NCBI GenBank assembly: GCA_030141605.1
Contig: JAQGDQ010000522.1
Coordinates: 62,001 to 126,000, forward strand
Source of the DNA: Tubiluchus corallicola
Lineage: Eukaryota; Animalia; Priapulida
Direction of reading: 5' to 3'
Length of the DNA stretch: 64,000 nt
Made by a program: the position numbers and the translations under genes. Every line of letters begins with the position of its first letter. Position 1 is the first letter of the stretch. Shown in pieces: positions 1 to 11,621 of the stretch. Under the pieces are notes generated by a model. It did no database searches. It was not told where the DNA came from and saw only the letters and a list, made by a program, of their open reading frames with translations.

Positions 1-164
1 CAAGTTAATTGTGACATAAAAGCGTTTGCTTTACTCGCTTCACTACCTGTATAATGGGAATCTCCCGTCACGAAAATGCTATTCTGATTGGCCTGCGTGA
101 CGAGACTCAACCGGCGAGCTTAATATGCAAACTAACCCACATGTATGGCAGTAGCAATGAAAAT

Positions 165-530
165 TGCACACTTCGTGAATCAGGCGATTGAAAATAAACA
201 GCAGTGCTGTCCCCTGCCGGTCAAAAAGTTAATATATAGGCTATTACACCAGTGGCAATGCACTTTGTGAATCAAGTTACTGAAAATAAACAGCACTGCT
301 GTCCCCTGCCGGTCAAAAAAGTTTATATATACGCTACTACAACAGTAGCAATGCACATGCCTGGCATACTTCGTGAATCAGGCTACTGAAAATAAACAGC
401 AGTGCTGTCCTCTGTTGGTCAAAAAGTTAATATATAGGCGATTACACCAGTGGCAATGCACTTTGTGAATCAAATTACTGAAAATAAACAGCAGTGCTGT
501 CCCCTGCTGGTCAAAAGGTTAATATATAGG
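165..530. repeat. Imperfect tandem repeat, 4 units of ~92-106 bp
   Basis: tgaaaataaacagca(g/c)tgctgtcc recurs near 189, 281, 387, 479. Confidence 0.85.
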
Positions 531-558
531 CCGTATAAATGCCCACAAGCAAAAACTT

Positions 559-1070
559 GCAGAAAAGATTACTGTTACTGCCGAATGTTCGCTGCATTCT
601 GCTGTGTCATGATGTTTATTTTCCATCGTGTATTTTGCCAGGTGGCAGAAAAGATTACTGTTACTGCCGAATGTTCGCTGCATTCTGCTGTGTCGTGATG
701 TTTATTTTCCATTGTGTATTTTGCCAGGTGGCAGAAAAGATTACTGTTACTGCCGAATGTTCGCTGCATTCTGCTGTGATATGATGTTTATTTTCTATCG
801 CGTATTTTGCCAGGTGGCAGAAAAGATTACTGTTACTGCCGAATGTTCGCTGCATTCTGCTGTGTCGTGATGTTTATTTTCCATCGTGTATTTTGCCAGG
901 TGGCAGAAAAGATTACTGTTACTGCCGAATGTTCGCTGCATTCTGCTGTGTCGTGATGTTTATTTTCCATTGTGTATTTTGCCAGGTGGCAGAAAAGATT
1001 ACTGTTACTGCCGAATGTGCGCTGCATTCTGCTGTGTCGTGATGCTTATTTTCTATCGTGCATTTTGCCG
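559..1070. repeat. Minisatellite, 86-bp unit, ~6 copies
   Basis: gcagaaaagattactgttactgccgaatg every 86 bp. Confidence 0.95.
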
Positions 1071-1247
1071 GGCGCTTTGAATTGTATCACTCAAAGCAAA
1101 AAAACACTTTTGAGCTGACTTGCTCGTGATGAAGATAATTAAACTCTAAAGAAGCAGGAGAATCTAACTAAGAGCCTTAAATGAGTAACCTTTCGCAGTT
1201 AACGACTTTGTCAGGCAACTCCAAGGTCAAGCAACAGGTATCCTTAC

Positions 1248-1424
1248 CTGAAATTCACTCGTATCCTGCAGTTGATAGCCTTCTCTGTACCAGAAGATGT
1301 CCGGCATCGGTTCTCCCTTGAACGTGCACTCGAAGAAGCCCGGCTTTCCCTCCTCGGCTCTGTAATGCTCGATCGGTTTGATGAACTCTGGCTTCCTCGG
1401 TTCCTCCGGCTCTGGCTTCGGAGC
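1248..1424 (-). CDS. sls: E42: Ig N-half of post-kettin region (RKPEFIKPIEHYRAEEGKPGFFECTFKGEPMPDIFWY)
   Basis: cattag|GCT, CAG|gtaagg; 177 nt, phase 0-0; not in ORF track. Confidence 0.88.
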
Positions 1425-1614
1425 CTAATGATGTAGAAGAACGTAATTAGCGATATATAATGATGATGCGTAAAGGTAACAAGTGACGATCTATTAATGA
1501 CGAATAGAAATGTTCGAATTTATTACGTCAGCCTAGACTTCATGATCTGTTGACAAATCTACAAACATTCTACATTTTCAGATACAGAAAACTAGGTGTA
1601 CAATTGTATCTTAA

Positions 1615-2140
1615 CAGTGGCGGCTCGTGTATAGGTACTGTAGAACCTGCAGCACCCCCTATTTTCACTCCATATTATCGATAATATTCAATAGAATAAG
1701 TCTTTTTCTTTATTTCTTTCTTTATACTTCTATGGAACCAGAGCAGTAATGGTAGTACTGTTTGCTTCACAGCCCAGCACAGTGTGCTCCAGCAACGTGG
1801 TGTTTGGCTGTTGTGCACATGCGACCATGCACACATGTCTGAGCCCAAGTAGAGAAAGTACTGTCGCTCACACAGTTTGTTGTCAGTTGTCACGTGCTTA
1901 CCGTGGACGGATCAAGCTTGAACTGCCACAATTTAGGATATTCGTAAGCAAACAATATCTTTTTGTTTAGGATTTTATCAAGTTTATGTATAAACTCTCA
2001 TATGTTTGTTTGCTTAAAATTACAAATACAAATAAAAACATTAGAATTACATGTTTGTTTTGCTTTACACAGCATTAAAACAATGGCTAAAAATTTTCTG
2101 AAGCAGCAGTCCCACTAATTTCAGCCAGGAGCCGCCACAG
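1615..2140. mobile_element. Non-autonomous hAT-like (CAGTGGCGG) MITE; decayed relative at ~59860-60200
   Basis: TIR cagtggcggctcgtg / caggagccgccacag (13/15); TSD degenerate; internal sequence shared with 59860-60200. Confidence 0.65.
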
Positions 2141-2200
2141 GTCTAAAATAATGTAAACAATGTTGTTTAATGAATGTAATAACAAGAGGTGTTCACTCAC

Positions 2201-2256
2201 CTTCTTCTTAGCAGGTAAGACACGGGGCATCATCTCTAGAAGATCCTCATCCGTGA
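2201..2256 (-). CDS. sls: E41: micro-exon (TDEDLLEMMPRVLPAKKK)
   Basis: tttcaag|TC, AAG|gtgagt; 56 nt, phase 1-0, needed to restore the frame to E42. Confidence 0.75.
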
Positions 2257-2473
2257 CTTGAAAAAGAAATAAAAAAAACAGCTGAATTACAACTGAGACG
2301 ATAGTTTTTAGGAAAACATTCTTAAATGTCTTCATCCGCCATTTGAACAAAAAGTAAAAAAACAAGAAAGCTACGATCTAGTTATGACCGAGCAGAAAGT
2401 GTAAAGGAAACGGCAGAATGCTTTAGTTTTTAATTACAGCGAATGGGGTAAAAAACTGGAATGTATCTCATAC

Positions 2474-2557
2474 CCATCGGTTGTTCCTCGGGTTCCGACT
2501 CTTCGGCTCTCAGTCTCTTCTCAAGAGGCGGCATTTCCCACTCAGCAACCTTATCAG
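2474..2557 (-). CDS. sls: E40: small charged linker exon (DKVAEWEMPPLEKRLRAEESEPEEQPM)
   Basis: tttacag|CT, G|gtatga; 84 nt, phase 1-1. Confidence 0.75.
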
Positions 2558-2634
2558 CTGTAAAAACAAAGTGCACAATGTTATAATCAAACATACAGAA
2601 AGCTTTCGTTTTCTTTCGTCTTCCTGGCTCTTTC

Positions 2635-2727
2635 CCTCTATCTTTCTGTCCGTTCTCCCCCTCTCTGCCTCTCTCTCTCTCTCTCTCACTCTCTCGTTCT
2701 CTCTCTGGCTCGTTCTCTGTCTGTCCG

Positions 2728-2770
<43 letters not shown>

Positions 2771-2992
2771 CTCGTTCTCTGTCTGTCCGTCTCTCTCCCT
2801 CCCTCTCTCTCTCTCTCTCTCTCCGGCTCGTTCTCTGTCTGTCCATCTCTCTCCCTCCGTCCCTCTCTCTCTCTCTCTCTCTCTCTGGCTCGTTCTCTGT
2901 CTGTCCGTCTCTCTCCCTCCCTCTCTCTCTCTCTCTCACTCTCTCGTTCTCTCTCTCTCTGGCTCGTTCTCTGTCTGTCCGTCTCTCTCCCT

Positions 2993-3043
<51 letters not shown>

Positions 3044-3450
3044 GCTTGTTCTCTCTCTCCTCCTTCTCTCCCTCTCCCTCCCTCTCTGTCTCTACCTCCT
3101 TCTCTCTCTTCTTTCCCACTCTTTCTCCTTCCCTCCCTCGTCTGTCCCTCCTGTCTCTCTCCCACTTTTCCCCCTCTTTCTCCACTCTCTCTGTCTCTCT
3201 CTCTCTCTCTCTGGCTCGTTCTCTGTCTGTCTCCTCTCTCTCTCTCCTTCTCTCTCCGCTCTGTCTCTACCTCCTTCTCTCTCTTCTTTTTCCACCCTTT
3301 CTCCTACCCTCCCTCGTCTGTCCCTCCTGTATCTCTCTCTCTTGCACGTTCTCTGTCTCTCTCCCACTTTTTCCTTCTCTTTTTCCACTCTCTCTGTCTC
3401 TCTCTCTCCCTATTACTCTCCTCCTCTCTCGTTCTCCCCATCTCTCTCAT
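2635..3450. repeat. (CT)n-rich compound microsatellite
   Basis: ~800 bp polypyrimidine tract with recurring ggctcgttctctgtctgtccgt interruptions. Confidence 0.97.
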
Positions 3451-3581
3451 ATGCTCCACCTTTTAATCCATTCGTATATTTAACCAATTTTTCTAAACAG
3501 ATTATAAAACAACAGCAAGTAAATCCAATGAGAATGGACTGGCGCCACTAACTCTCTACGCTGCATTTATCATTAACTTAC

Positions 3582-3768
3582 GTTTCTTGCTGGCCTTCAA
3601 CACCGACCGGAAATCGTCCGTTCTCGCCGCGACATGGAGCGTCGTCTTGGCAATGGCAGTGCCCTCGGAGTTACGGGCGATTACCTTGACTTCGCCGTTG
3701 TCGTACTGCTTAGTCTTAGGAATCTCCATGTAATGCATGCCGTCGTAAGACAACTTGTATCTAGAGCC
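3582..3768 (-). CDS. sls: E39: C-half of last kettin-type Ig (GSRYKLSYDGMHYMEIPKTKQYDNG...DDFRSVLK)
   Basis: gtcag|GGC, C|gtaagt; 187 nt, phase 0-1; resembles the terminal Ig of arthropod kettin as I recall it. Confidence 0.9.
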
Positions 3769-3849
3769 CTGACGAAATAAATTAAGTTACCAATAAAATA
3801 CTGGCATCTTTAACACAAAGGTTACAGATTAAAATTGCCGTTCTGTTAG

Positions 3850-4258
3850 CTGCGAAAAATCGTTTTCCATATCGACCATTAACATGTGGAACAACTTACC
3901 ACAGAACATTCGTGAAATTACATCCATTTCACACTTCAAACAAGAGCTCAAATCTCATTTAAATTTTTCGTTGCGTGGGAAACATTTTTCACTTGGTAAA
4001 CCTCCAATTTATCTGATATGATAGATATGCATCAGTCTTAAATATTCGTACATTAATATTTTCTAACCGTCATTTTCTACTAATGTCGAATGTAATCTTG
4101 TAGTAAAACTTGTCAGCTTGTGTAGTTATAGTCTATTCTTACTATAAATGTTTTTGTAAATGGTGTATAAGGTCTCTTGTGGTGAGGATCCTAAATCATG
4201 AATTTCAAATTGTCTGATCCAATCCTATAATAAATTATGTGTAAACTAAACTAAAAAT
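3850..4258 (+). mobile_element. 5'-truncated CR1/L2-group LINE remnant
   Basis: Translates as KSFSISTINMWNNLPQNIREITSISHFKQELKSHL, a typical ORF2 C-terminus; (TAAAC)n-like tail near 4242-4256. Confidence 0.75.
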
Positions 4259-4346
4259 AAATTTACTATTTATGGCAAAACAAGAAAAAGTTTAACTAGT
4301 TCAAGATTTTTGAACAAGAAATGATTGTTTACTTTTACTGACTTAC

Positions 4347-4521
4347 ATGCAAGACAGGTTTGTTGTTGATGTACCACTGAACTTTGGGTCTTGGGACGCC
4401 TTTCACGCGGCACTCAAACTTGGTGTGCTGACCCTCGGTCACCTGGAAGGGCTTGGGTTCGATCACAAACTCGGGCGGTTCTCTGTCTGGTTCATCCTGC
4501 ATCACTTCAGTTCCCTTGGCC
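4347..4521 (-). CDS. sls: E38: N-half of last kettin-type Ig (PPEFVIEPKPFQVTEGQHTKFECRVKGVPRPKVQWYIN)
   Basis: ttacag|G, CAT|gtaagt; 175 nt, phase 2-0. Confidence 0.9.
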
Positions 4522-4744
4522 CTGTAAGATTTATATTTTCAGATACTGTATTCGAGCTTATCAACTTTGTTGGCTGACCAGACTGAACTAACCGACAAAT
4601 TAAAACCAAAGAATTGCTTTAAAGACGGACAGAAATGTTTTGAGTAATGCTCCTACAGTTTCACGAAAGTTAAAATAACAGAAATTCATAAAAGAAATTC
4701 ATTCATAGTTAGAAATTCTGGATATATTTATATTTAAAAACAAC

Positions 4745-5380
4745 ACAACTTTATTAAAATTTTACTTTATATAGTTAAAATCATGCCAAACATTTCGATA
4801 GACTATTGCTGTCAGCATCAGTGGTAAATTTACGAACATACAACCAGTTTATAAAGGCAGGTCTCATTATGCCCTAATTAAGTAGTTAACAGAAGCCAAA
4901 TAGCTAATGAATAAACAGACCAATAAAGAAATTGATACAGTAACTTAAATACTAATTACGCAGACCTGAAGAACAGAAATTGATACAGTAAATTATGCAC
5001 TAATTATGCATTTACAAAAGCTGAATAGGTAGATAAAGATTAAACGATTAAGCAGACCCGAAGAACAGAAATTGATACAGTAAATTATGTAGTAATTATG
5101 CATTTACAAAAGCCAAACAGGTAGGTAAAGATCAAATGATTAAACAGACCTGAAGAAAAGAAATTGACACAGTAACAAATAGCTAAGTGCTTGAAAACAA
5201 AGTTAAAGGAATTGAACTGCTTTACACATTAACGGAACACTTATTAGGGTACATAGATAAACTTTCTTTTATTAATAAGTCCCAGTTATTTATAATTTTG
5301 GTCACAATCCTGAAATTATTAAAATCAGCTTTGTGGCCAGCGACACAAATGAGATCAAATATGTTCTGGGAATGTAATAA
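4745..5380 (-). mobile_element. Penelope-like element remnant (GIY-YIG C-terminus, 3' UTR, decayed hammerhead)
   Basis: Minus-strand translation GHKADFNNFRIVTKIINNWDLLIKESLSM...VNV*SSSIPLTLF; CTGATGC...GAAA motif at 4821-4793. Confidence 0.7.
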
Positions 5381-5636
5381 CATATTATAATAAACCAAAT
5401 CTTGAAAACCTTCTATTTCACAGAGTAAAACTTTGTTTTATACAATTTCATTTTAAAAAAGATGGGTTACTGTATCAGACATTTGCCAACATGAGTCAGC
5501 AGCGATCAGCAAATGAAAGGAGTGTAGAAGAAGAAAAAGAAACTTTAGAATTAGCAAGTCTTTGCATTCAAATATCGGTCAAACGCAGTTGTAAAAAGTC
5601 TAAATGACAAGGATGAATCAAAGCATGAAGCCATAC

Positions 5637-5871
5637 CTAGCCTGCTCTTCCTCCAACTCCTGCAGTTTGACCACGCCCTGTTCCATGCCCTCGGGAAGCT
5701 GAGTGTCAGTGATGATGCTGCGCGTTCCCCGGATCTTCAACAAGGCCTTCGTCTCGTCCTGACCGTAAAGGTTCGTGGCGCGGCACAGGTACTCGCCCGT
5801 GTCCTCGGGGAAGACCCACAGGATTTCCAGGGCCACGTAACCGAAATCGTAAATGGGTTTGAAGCGGTGAC
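5637..5871 (-). CDS. sls: E37: Ig C-half plus linker
   Basis: ttcag|GT, AG|gtatgg; 235 nt, phase 1-2. Confidence 0.9.
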
Positions 5872-6450
5872 CTGAAACATGAGCGAAAAATAAACAATGA
5901 CAATAAACAACGAGCAACAAATAAACAAGCTAGTTTACCACAAAGAAAACTACAGCCAATCTCGGGTATAAGGTACTCGCTTATAAAGGACCACCAACAC
6001 CGGACCCGATTTTTTTATATAAATATCTTCATATATAAGGTACTCGGATATAAGGGACTTTCGGTTATAAGGGACGATATCTTCAGGTCCCGCATAATAG
6101 AAACCCAGGTAAATTACCTCACATAACCCTATGATGAAAGCGAAATTGATCGATTTTTAACCTCAATTTTTCGCAAACTCGGTCTTCGAACGGCTCGGTT
6201 TCCGCGGTCACATACATCTCGAATCAGTGAAGCAGCTTCCTACATACTATTTGTACTGACTGTGCAGTAATAATTCATAAAAATATAGGTAAAAGTACAG
6301 AAAAGTACAGGTCTAGATAGAAATATGCTATGAAATAAAAATACTTCTAAAGTAAACTCCGTGCAACTGAAAATCGCATAATATTATGTAGCGATATTAC
6401 GTAATATATATATAATATGATTTGAGTTATGAGAAGTTTACTCTACTATT

Positions 6451-6566
6451 GCCACTACCACTGTCACTGCCACAGCCACAGCCACAGCCACTGCCACTGC
6501 CACTGCCACTGCCACTGCCACTGCCACTACCACTACCACTACCACTACCACTGCCACCACCACTAT
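6451..6566. repeat. (CCACTG/CCACTA/CCACAG)n hexanucleotide microsatellite
   Basis: Seen directly. Confidence 0.95.
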
Positions 6567-6769
6567 TGCTAGTAGTGAAAATGCACCGAGACTATAATTT
6601 CAATATTTTTAATTTCTATCTCGGGAGTAAAATCTCATTCCTGCAGGAAGCAGGGATTTTAAAAGCTCAAATTTGCACGTGCTGCTTTGAAACGATGCTT
6701 CACTCTTAACAAGAAATTAAATACCCCGTGAATGAAGCATGGCCGAGAACAGATGGAAATCAAACTCAC

Positions 6770-6879
6770 CACTCCGCAATGGCTTCCCGTTGAAGAACCA
6801 TTCTACCTTCATGTTCGGGTCACCGATCGGGATGAGGAAAGCTTCAAACTTCGTGAACTGGTCCTGATGAAGATCAGTC
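6770..6879 (-). CDS. sls: E36: Ig N-half (FEAFLIPIGDPNMKVEWFFNGKPL)
   Basis: atctag|G, G|gtgagt; 110 nt, phase 2-1. Confidence 0.9.
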
Positions 6880-6960
6880 CTAGATAGGAAAAAAAACAGG
6901 ATAAATTAATCCAGATAATAAACATCCAAGGTACTTACTTATGTATGTTCTAAACACACT

Positions 6961-7260
6961 ACGTAGGGACGCTATACTTACGCCATCTCAAGCGGGTGCA
7001 AGTACTACACTTTGTTTTTGGTGTGTATTCATCATGGTGTGTAAATGGTAATTTTTTTTATGATTTATAATATTCTTTTAATATTAGAATTAATAATTTT
7101 AATATATTTTTATACATTTTGTGATTTATTATGCAAAATTCATCAAATCTATACATTACCGTACTATGCATGTGCAAAAATACTTTAGACGGAGTACTGC
7201 CAAAACACGCAAAACAGCGAGTCCATAATAAACGAACCGCAAAGAAGTGAGGGAACACCG
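6961..7260. mobile_element. Partial copy of the Tigger-like MITE at 33939/45622
   Basis: Shared internal sequence; ends gagggaacaccg|TA. Confidence 0.7.
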
Positions 7261-7358
7261 TATGTGAACACAAAAATGCTTTCTTTATGGTGTTTTTATT
7301 AGCATTTCGGTCAAACTGTCTCTGACTCAAGCTTTTGTCAAACGCCCCTTGCACTTAC

Positions 7359-7524
7359 TTATGCTTGATGTGCTTCTTGAAGATTGGTGGCTGGTTCTTG
7401 TCCTTCTGGTAGAAGTCGTCGTCTTCGAAGTCGTAGTGGAAAGCGCCGGTTTCGATTCCGCCCTCGTCCTTGATCTTGTCCATGGTCCGCCTGATGCTGG
7501 TGTCCATGATGACGCCCATCTTAG
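7359..7524 (-). CDS. sls: E35: divergent linker plus start of Ig (KMGVIMDTSIRR...NQPPIFKKHIKH)
   Basis: ttcag|CT, AA|gtaagt; 166 nt, phase 1-2. Confidence 0.87.
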
Positions 7525-7683
7525 CTGAACATTGAGGAAATGAAAAACAGTTAGAACAGGGCTTTAGAATGGCAAAACTTTCTAAAGAAAATCAGTCAGA
7601 ACACAGCTTTAGAATGGCAAAACTTTCTGAAGAAAAGTTTAGGGTTTAATGTTATTATTGACCAAACAAACTAAACTCGTAAG

Positions 7684-8290
7684 CAGAGGCGTATAGCCTA
7701 GGATGTCGAAGTTTCAGTGCGTCACATTTCAGAAAATTTTTTATGCTTCTCGGAAAATGTGCATGCATGTACTTTCATATTCATACAGAGGGCACATATT
7801 ATTACACACCACAAGCAGTTACTGAGCTGATTTCCTATACGAGTGCCACATAATGAACAGGTGCAATGTATTACACAACAAGCAGTTGCACAACCTGCTT
7901 AAATATAAGCGCTATGCAAATGCATGTAATTAATCACGACCACGTAGAAACTAGGTTAATAGAGTTGCTAATACACCACAAGTAACTATTTAATCAGCTT
8001 TTTACATAAGCAACTACAAATTTACAATAGATTTAGATTTAGATTTTAGATTTAATATTTTATTTCAAACTTCACAAAGTTCATATACACATCACAAATT
8101 AATACAAATAATACAATAAATCATGAAACACAACAATAACACAAATAACAGTTAACGATATAACAAACTACGCCAATGACATCTAATTACAGAAGTAAAG
8201 TTTGCATCACTGTTTAAAATGTTCTTGCACATAAAATAAAAATGGGCAGGACAAATTAATCAGCCTAAGGCGTCGAAATGATACGCTACC
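7684..8290. mobile_element. Decayed copy of the hAT MITE family at 21938, interrupted by a ~200-bp insert
   Basis: Shared acacaccacaagcagtt...gtagaaactaggttaatag...atgggcaggacaaa blocks. Confidence 0.55.
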
Positions 8291-8467
8291 GTCGTTACCT
8301 GTTATTCTTAAGAAGCAAATCATTTCATAACTCTCGCATTCTAATACTGAAGCATTTCCACAAAGACAATTATTTTCAAATAAGGTTTCGTTCGTGATTT
8401 TTGAAGTTTAAAAAAACGAGTTTCCTAGATCACTGAGACTACAGCCAGAAGACAGTGCCACGCCTAC

Positions 8468-8611
8468 CTTTGACCTTGAGCAAAGCCGTAGTGAAAGCTT
8501 CGCCTGCCTTGTTGAAAGCTCTGCACTTGTAGACGCCGGCGTGATCCGGATTCAAGTCTTTCATGTCGAGCCTGACCTTGCCGAACTCGTGCGTGCACGT
8601 GCATCGAGAGC
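8468..8611 (-). CDS. sls: E34: Ig C-half (144-nt class)
   Basis: ttgcag|GC, G|gtaggc; phase 1-1. Confidence 0.9.
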
Positions 8612-8752
8612 CTGCAACGGCAAAAATTAACATAATTCAGAATTAAAATTGCAAAACTTTTACTCACAGAAGACAGCTAAAGAAAAGTCTGATCGAATTT
8701 GTGGAACAATTTTGAAAGAAAGCAAAGATTGCAAATTCAAAGGTGAACTTAC

Positions 8753-8900
8753 CTAAATCGAACGGTTTGTCGTTAAAGAACCATTCCAGCTTCAATTCGG
8801 GGTCGTTGACGGGCTCCAGCTTGCCTTCAAAATACGCCGACTCGCCCTCGGTAACGTTGTCGAGATTAGCGAAGTTTGTGACCCATCTTGGTGGCACGCC
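8753..8900 (-). CDS. sls: E33: Ig N-half
   Basis: atgcag|GGC, G|gtaagt; 148 nt, phase 0-1. Confidence 0.9.
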
Positions 8901-9143
8901 CTGCATCGAAAGTCGATATTTGGAAAATGACCAACACGAGACGACACCTTTGGGGTACTCTATAAACTATTTTGTTCAAAGTCAAGCAAAGATATTCCGT
9001 CGGACATTTTATTACAAAAAAATCGTGTCACTTACTGAGACTATGGTGTCATTTAAAATAAGCAATTTGGCAAATGGTTTTGCAAAAACGCACAAGTCTA
9101 CACCTCCAAAACTAGATAAAGTACAGGCAATAATAGATAAATA

Positions 9144-10408
9144 TAATAAGTCCTCGCTTAATGGCGCTAATGTATTCCAGCAAAATGTGACGTTAAGCGA
9201 AACGTCGTTAAATGAAACCAAAACTTCCACGGAAAGTAATGTAAAAGAATTGAGATACGTTCAAGAGGCAAGAATCAGTGATGCTTAAATCACATAAATT
9301 CAATTCAACGTTTCATGAGTTTCTTTATTGTTTCTACTATTTAATTGTTTCTGCTAGCTTGAATTCTTTGCGCAACCTGTTCCTATAGCAACCAGACAAC
9401 GTAGTAAATGATACGGTGCTCTTGTATGATAAAATTTCCAAGCTCACCTCATGCAGCACTTGGCTTTGACTCTGCAGCGTTTATTGTTTAATGGCTGCCA
9501 TGGTTTAAACCAGGGGTGTGCAAATTGCGGCCCGCCGAGAGAATTTGTGCGGCCCGCGAAGAGATTTGTCAACCTAATGAAAGTGCGGCCCGGGCGATTA
9601 ATTGAGTGTATCTAGCTGAGGTGCGTGCCACGATCCCAAAGATAGTGCGGGTAGTTTTTTCTACTAGATCGGATGTCATTAACCCTTACAAGACAGTTGT
9701 AGCTTAATGTCACTGTACTACACAGACTGTGTGATACACATTACTAATATGCATTGTAATGAAATTACCACTATCTGTCGCGAAAGTAGAAACATATGGT
9801 TTGTAATATAAATTTTAATAACTTCTAAAATAGTTTCTTGAGTGCAGTAGTAATGATGTACGCAGGTCGGATGCAAAAAAATCGTTATTAGGCACTTCTG
9901 TACTTGGCACCTTGATCAAACTGCCTGTGGCCCGCAGGATTTGCGGGAAAGTTTATGTGGCCCGGCTAGTCAAATCATTTGCACACCTCTGGTTTAAACT
10001 TTAATGAAAGAGAAACAGCTAGCTAGGTACGTATTGGTAAGAAAGAGAGGCGGTACAAGGTTTGTTCACAGGTCTCGCTTGATAGAATTGGCAGCTAGTA
10101 TTGTAATCAGTCGGGAAGCAAAAACACGTATAATAATTGAATTATTTATGTTACTACGGCACTTTTGAAACAGAATACAGCAATATATGACATGTTAATG
10201 CTTCAAATTATGTAAAAAAAATTGTTGATAAAATGAAAATCGGCTTTCAGCAAAGTAAATAAAGACGTTAAAATGAAACGTGCGTCGTTAAGTGAAAAAA
10301 ACGTATCAAATGTTCAGCGTCGTTAAAAGGAAACGTTGCTAAAAAGGGAGTCATTATATATAATACTACTTTATTTGCCTTAAATCATCCTTAAGTGAGG
10401 GCTTACTG
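9144..10408. mobile_element. Tc1/mariner (Tigger/pogo-like) non-autonomous element hosting a nested hAT MITE; end fragments also at ~33410-33560, ~44443, ~47807-47915
   Basis: Ends taagtcctcgcttaa ... ttaagtgagggcttactg|TA. Confidence 0.6.
9511..9991. mobile_element. hAT (Charlie-like) MITE, 481 bp
   Basis: TIR caggggtgtgcaaat / atttgcacacctctg; perfect 8-bp TSD GTTTAAAC; gcggccc subterminal repeats. Confidence 0.92.
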
Positions 10409-10731
10409 TAATTTAAAATCAAAGTCACCAGAAACTGATATTAACAGTGTGGATACTGGACACACTGTTAGGCTATGTCTCAGTCATCAATTCAATAAGA
10501 TAAATTAACTGACTAAGCCTATCATTCAAGTTATATCATTAGCGCCACCTATACTTTTCAAAAATAATCACCATTAAGCTTACTCACAAATAATGAATGT
10601 CATTTAAATTATGTTAACTATTTCTAACATAAAATAAATGAATTCGCACAACTCATTTTAATATTTTGGCACGTAACTATTAGTACAAATTTTGAGAGGA
10701 ATCACTGAATAAAACTCTAATTATGACTCAC

Positions 10732-10847
10732 CACTTCATCCTCCACTGGTTCATCGGGATGAAGGAGACTCTGGAGTTTGTCGATCTTCTCCAAGCCGCC
10801 GGCCATGGCTTTTGGCAGCTGCGTGTCCACGATGACAGTCCTCTTTC
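10732..10847 (-). CDS. sls: E32: kettin linker (KRTVIVDTQLPKAMAGGLEKIDKLQ)
   Basis: ttacag|GA, GTG|gtgagt; 116 nt, phase 1-0. Confidence 0.88.
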
Positions 10848-10874
10848 CTGTAACAGGATTCAAACAACTAAAAT

Positions 10875-11190
10875 GTCAAGGTGTGCTTTTTTGCAACAGC
10901 GATATATTACAAACACATTAGCAGTCAAGATATGCTTTTTTGCAACAGCGATATATTACAAACGCATTAGCAGTCAAGATGTGCTTTTTTGCAACAACGA
11001 TATATTATAAGCGCATTAGCAGTCAAGATGCGCTTTTTTGCAACAGCGATATATTACAAACACGTTAGCAGTCAAGATGCGCATTTTTGCAACAACGATA
11101 TATTATAAACGCATTAGCAGTCAAGGTGTGCTTTTTTGCAACAACGATATATTACAAACACATTAGATGGCAAGATGTGCATTTTTGCAA
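10875..11190. repeat. Minisatellite, 49-bp unit, ~6.5 copies
   Basis: gtcaagatgtgcttttttgcaacaacgatatattacaaacgcattagca. Confidence 0.93.
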
Positions 11191-11621
11191 CATTAATCCG
11201 TAAACACTAGCGTAAAAAACGATTGCTCAAGAATGCGATGCAGGCAGATGAACACTTTTCGTTACGATGCAGTGGCTTGATGTCTGTCTAAAGTCCCACC
11301 AATGATTATGACATTAGTGTCATACATATTTTTCGTATCTTGTTTTAAAAACTTCAGAATCTTCCAAAAGATCCAAGGAAATAATCTAAGATTTTTGGTG
11401 TTTCAAAAATTCTCCTGGGATTCCTCTTTTAACTAAGCGACATTCTCAACTGGTCAACAAGGAGGAGTAGAAAACAAAATTCATTATGTTTAGAAAAAAA
11501 ATCAAGAATCAAGATTGAATTACTTGTGAATGTCGAGACAACTATTACACCATGACACAGATTTGAATAATAATAGTAATAATAAGTACATACATAGGAT
11601 AATAATAAAAACGTTACATAC

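Noticed and set aside
80-135. Reverse CCAAT and octamer-like motif as a promoter
   Set aside because: Short motifs in an intron with no supporting context.
450-1080. Overlapping short ORFs and a CRISPR-like look of the 86-bp repeat
   Set aside because: Units are near-identical along their whole length with no unique spacers; eukaryotic intron; ORFs are repeat artefacts.
2430-3551. ER-rich ORF in frame with E40 and an SL-rich 356-aa antisense ORF
   Set aside because: Products of the (GA/CT)n tract. E40 has its own strong acceptor, and no pyrimidine tract exists upstream on the gene strand.
8743-9288. 181-aa plus-strand ORF
   Set aside because: Antisense shadow of E33 running into intron and MITE sequence; no recognisable domain.
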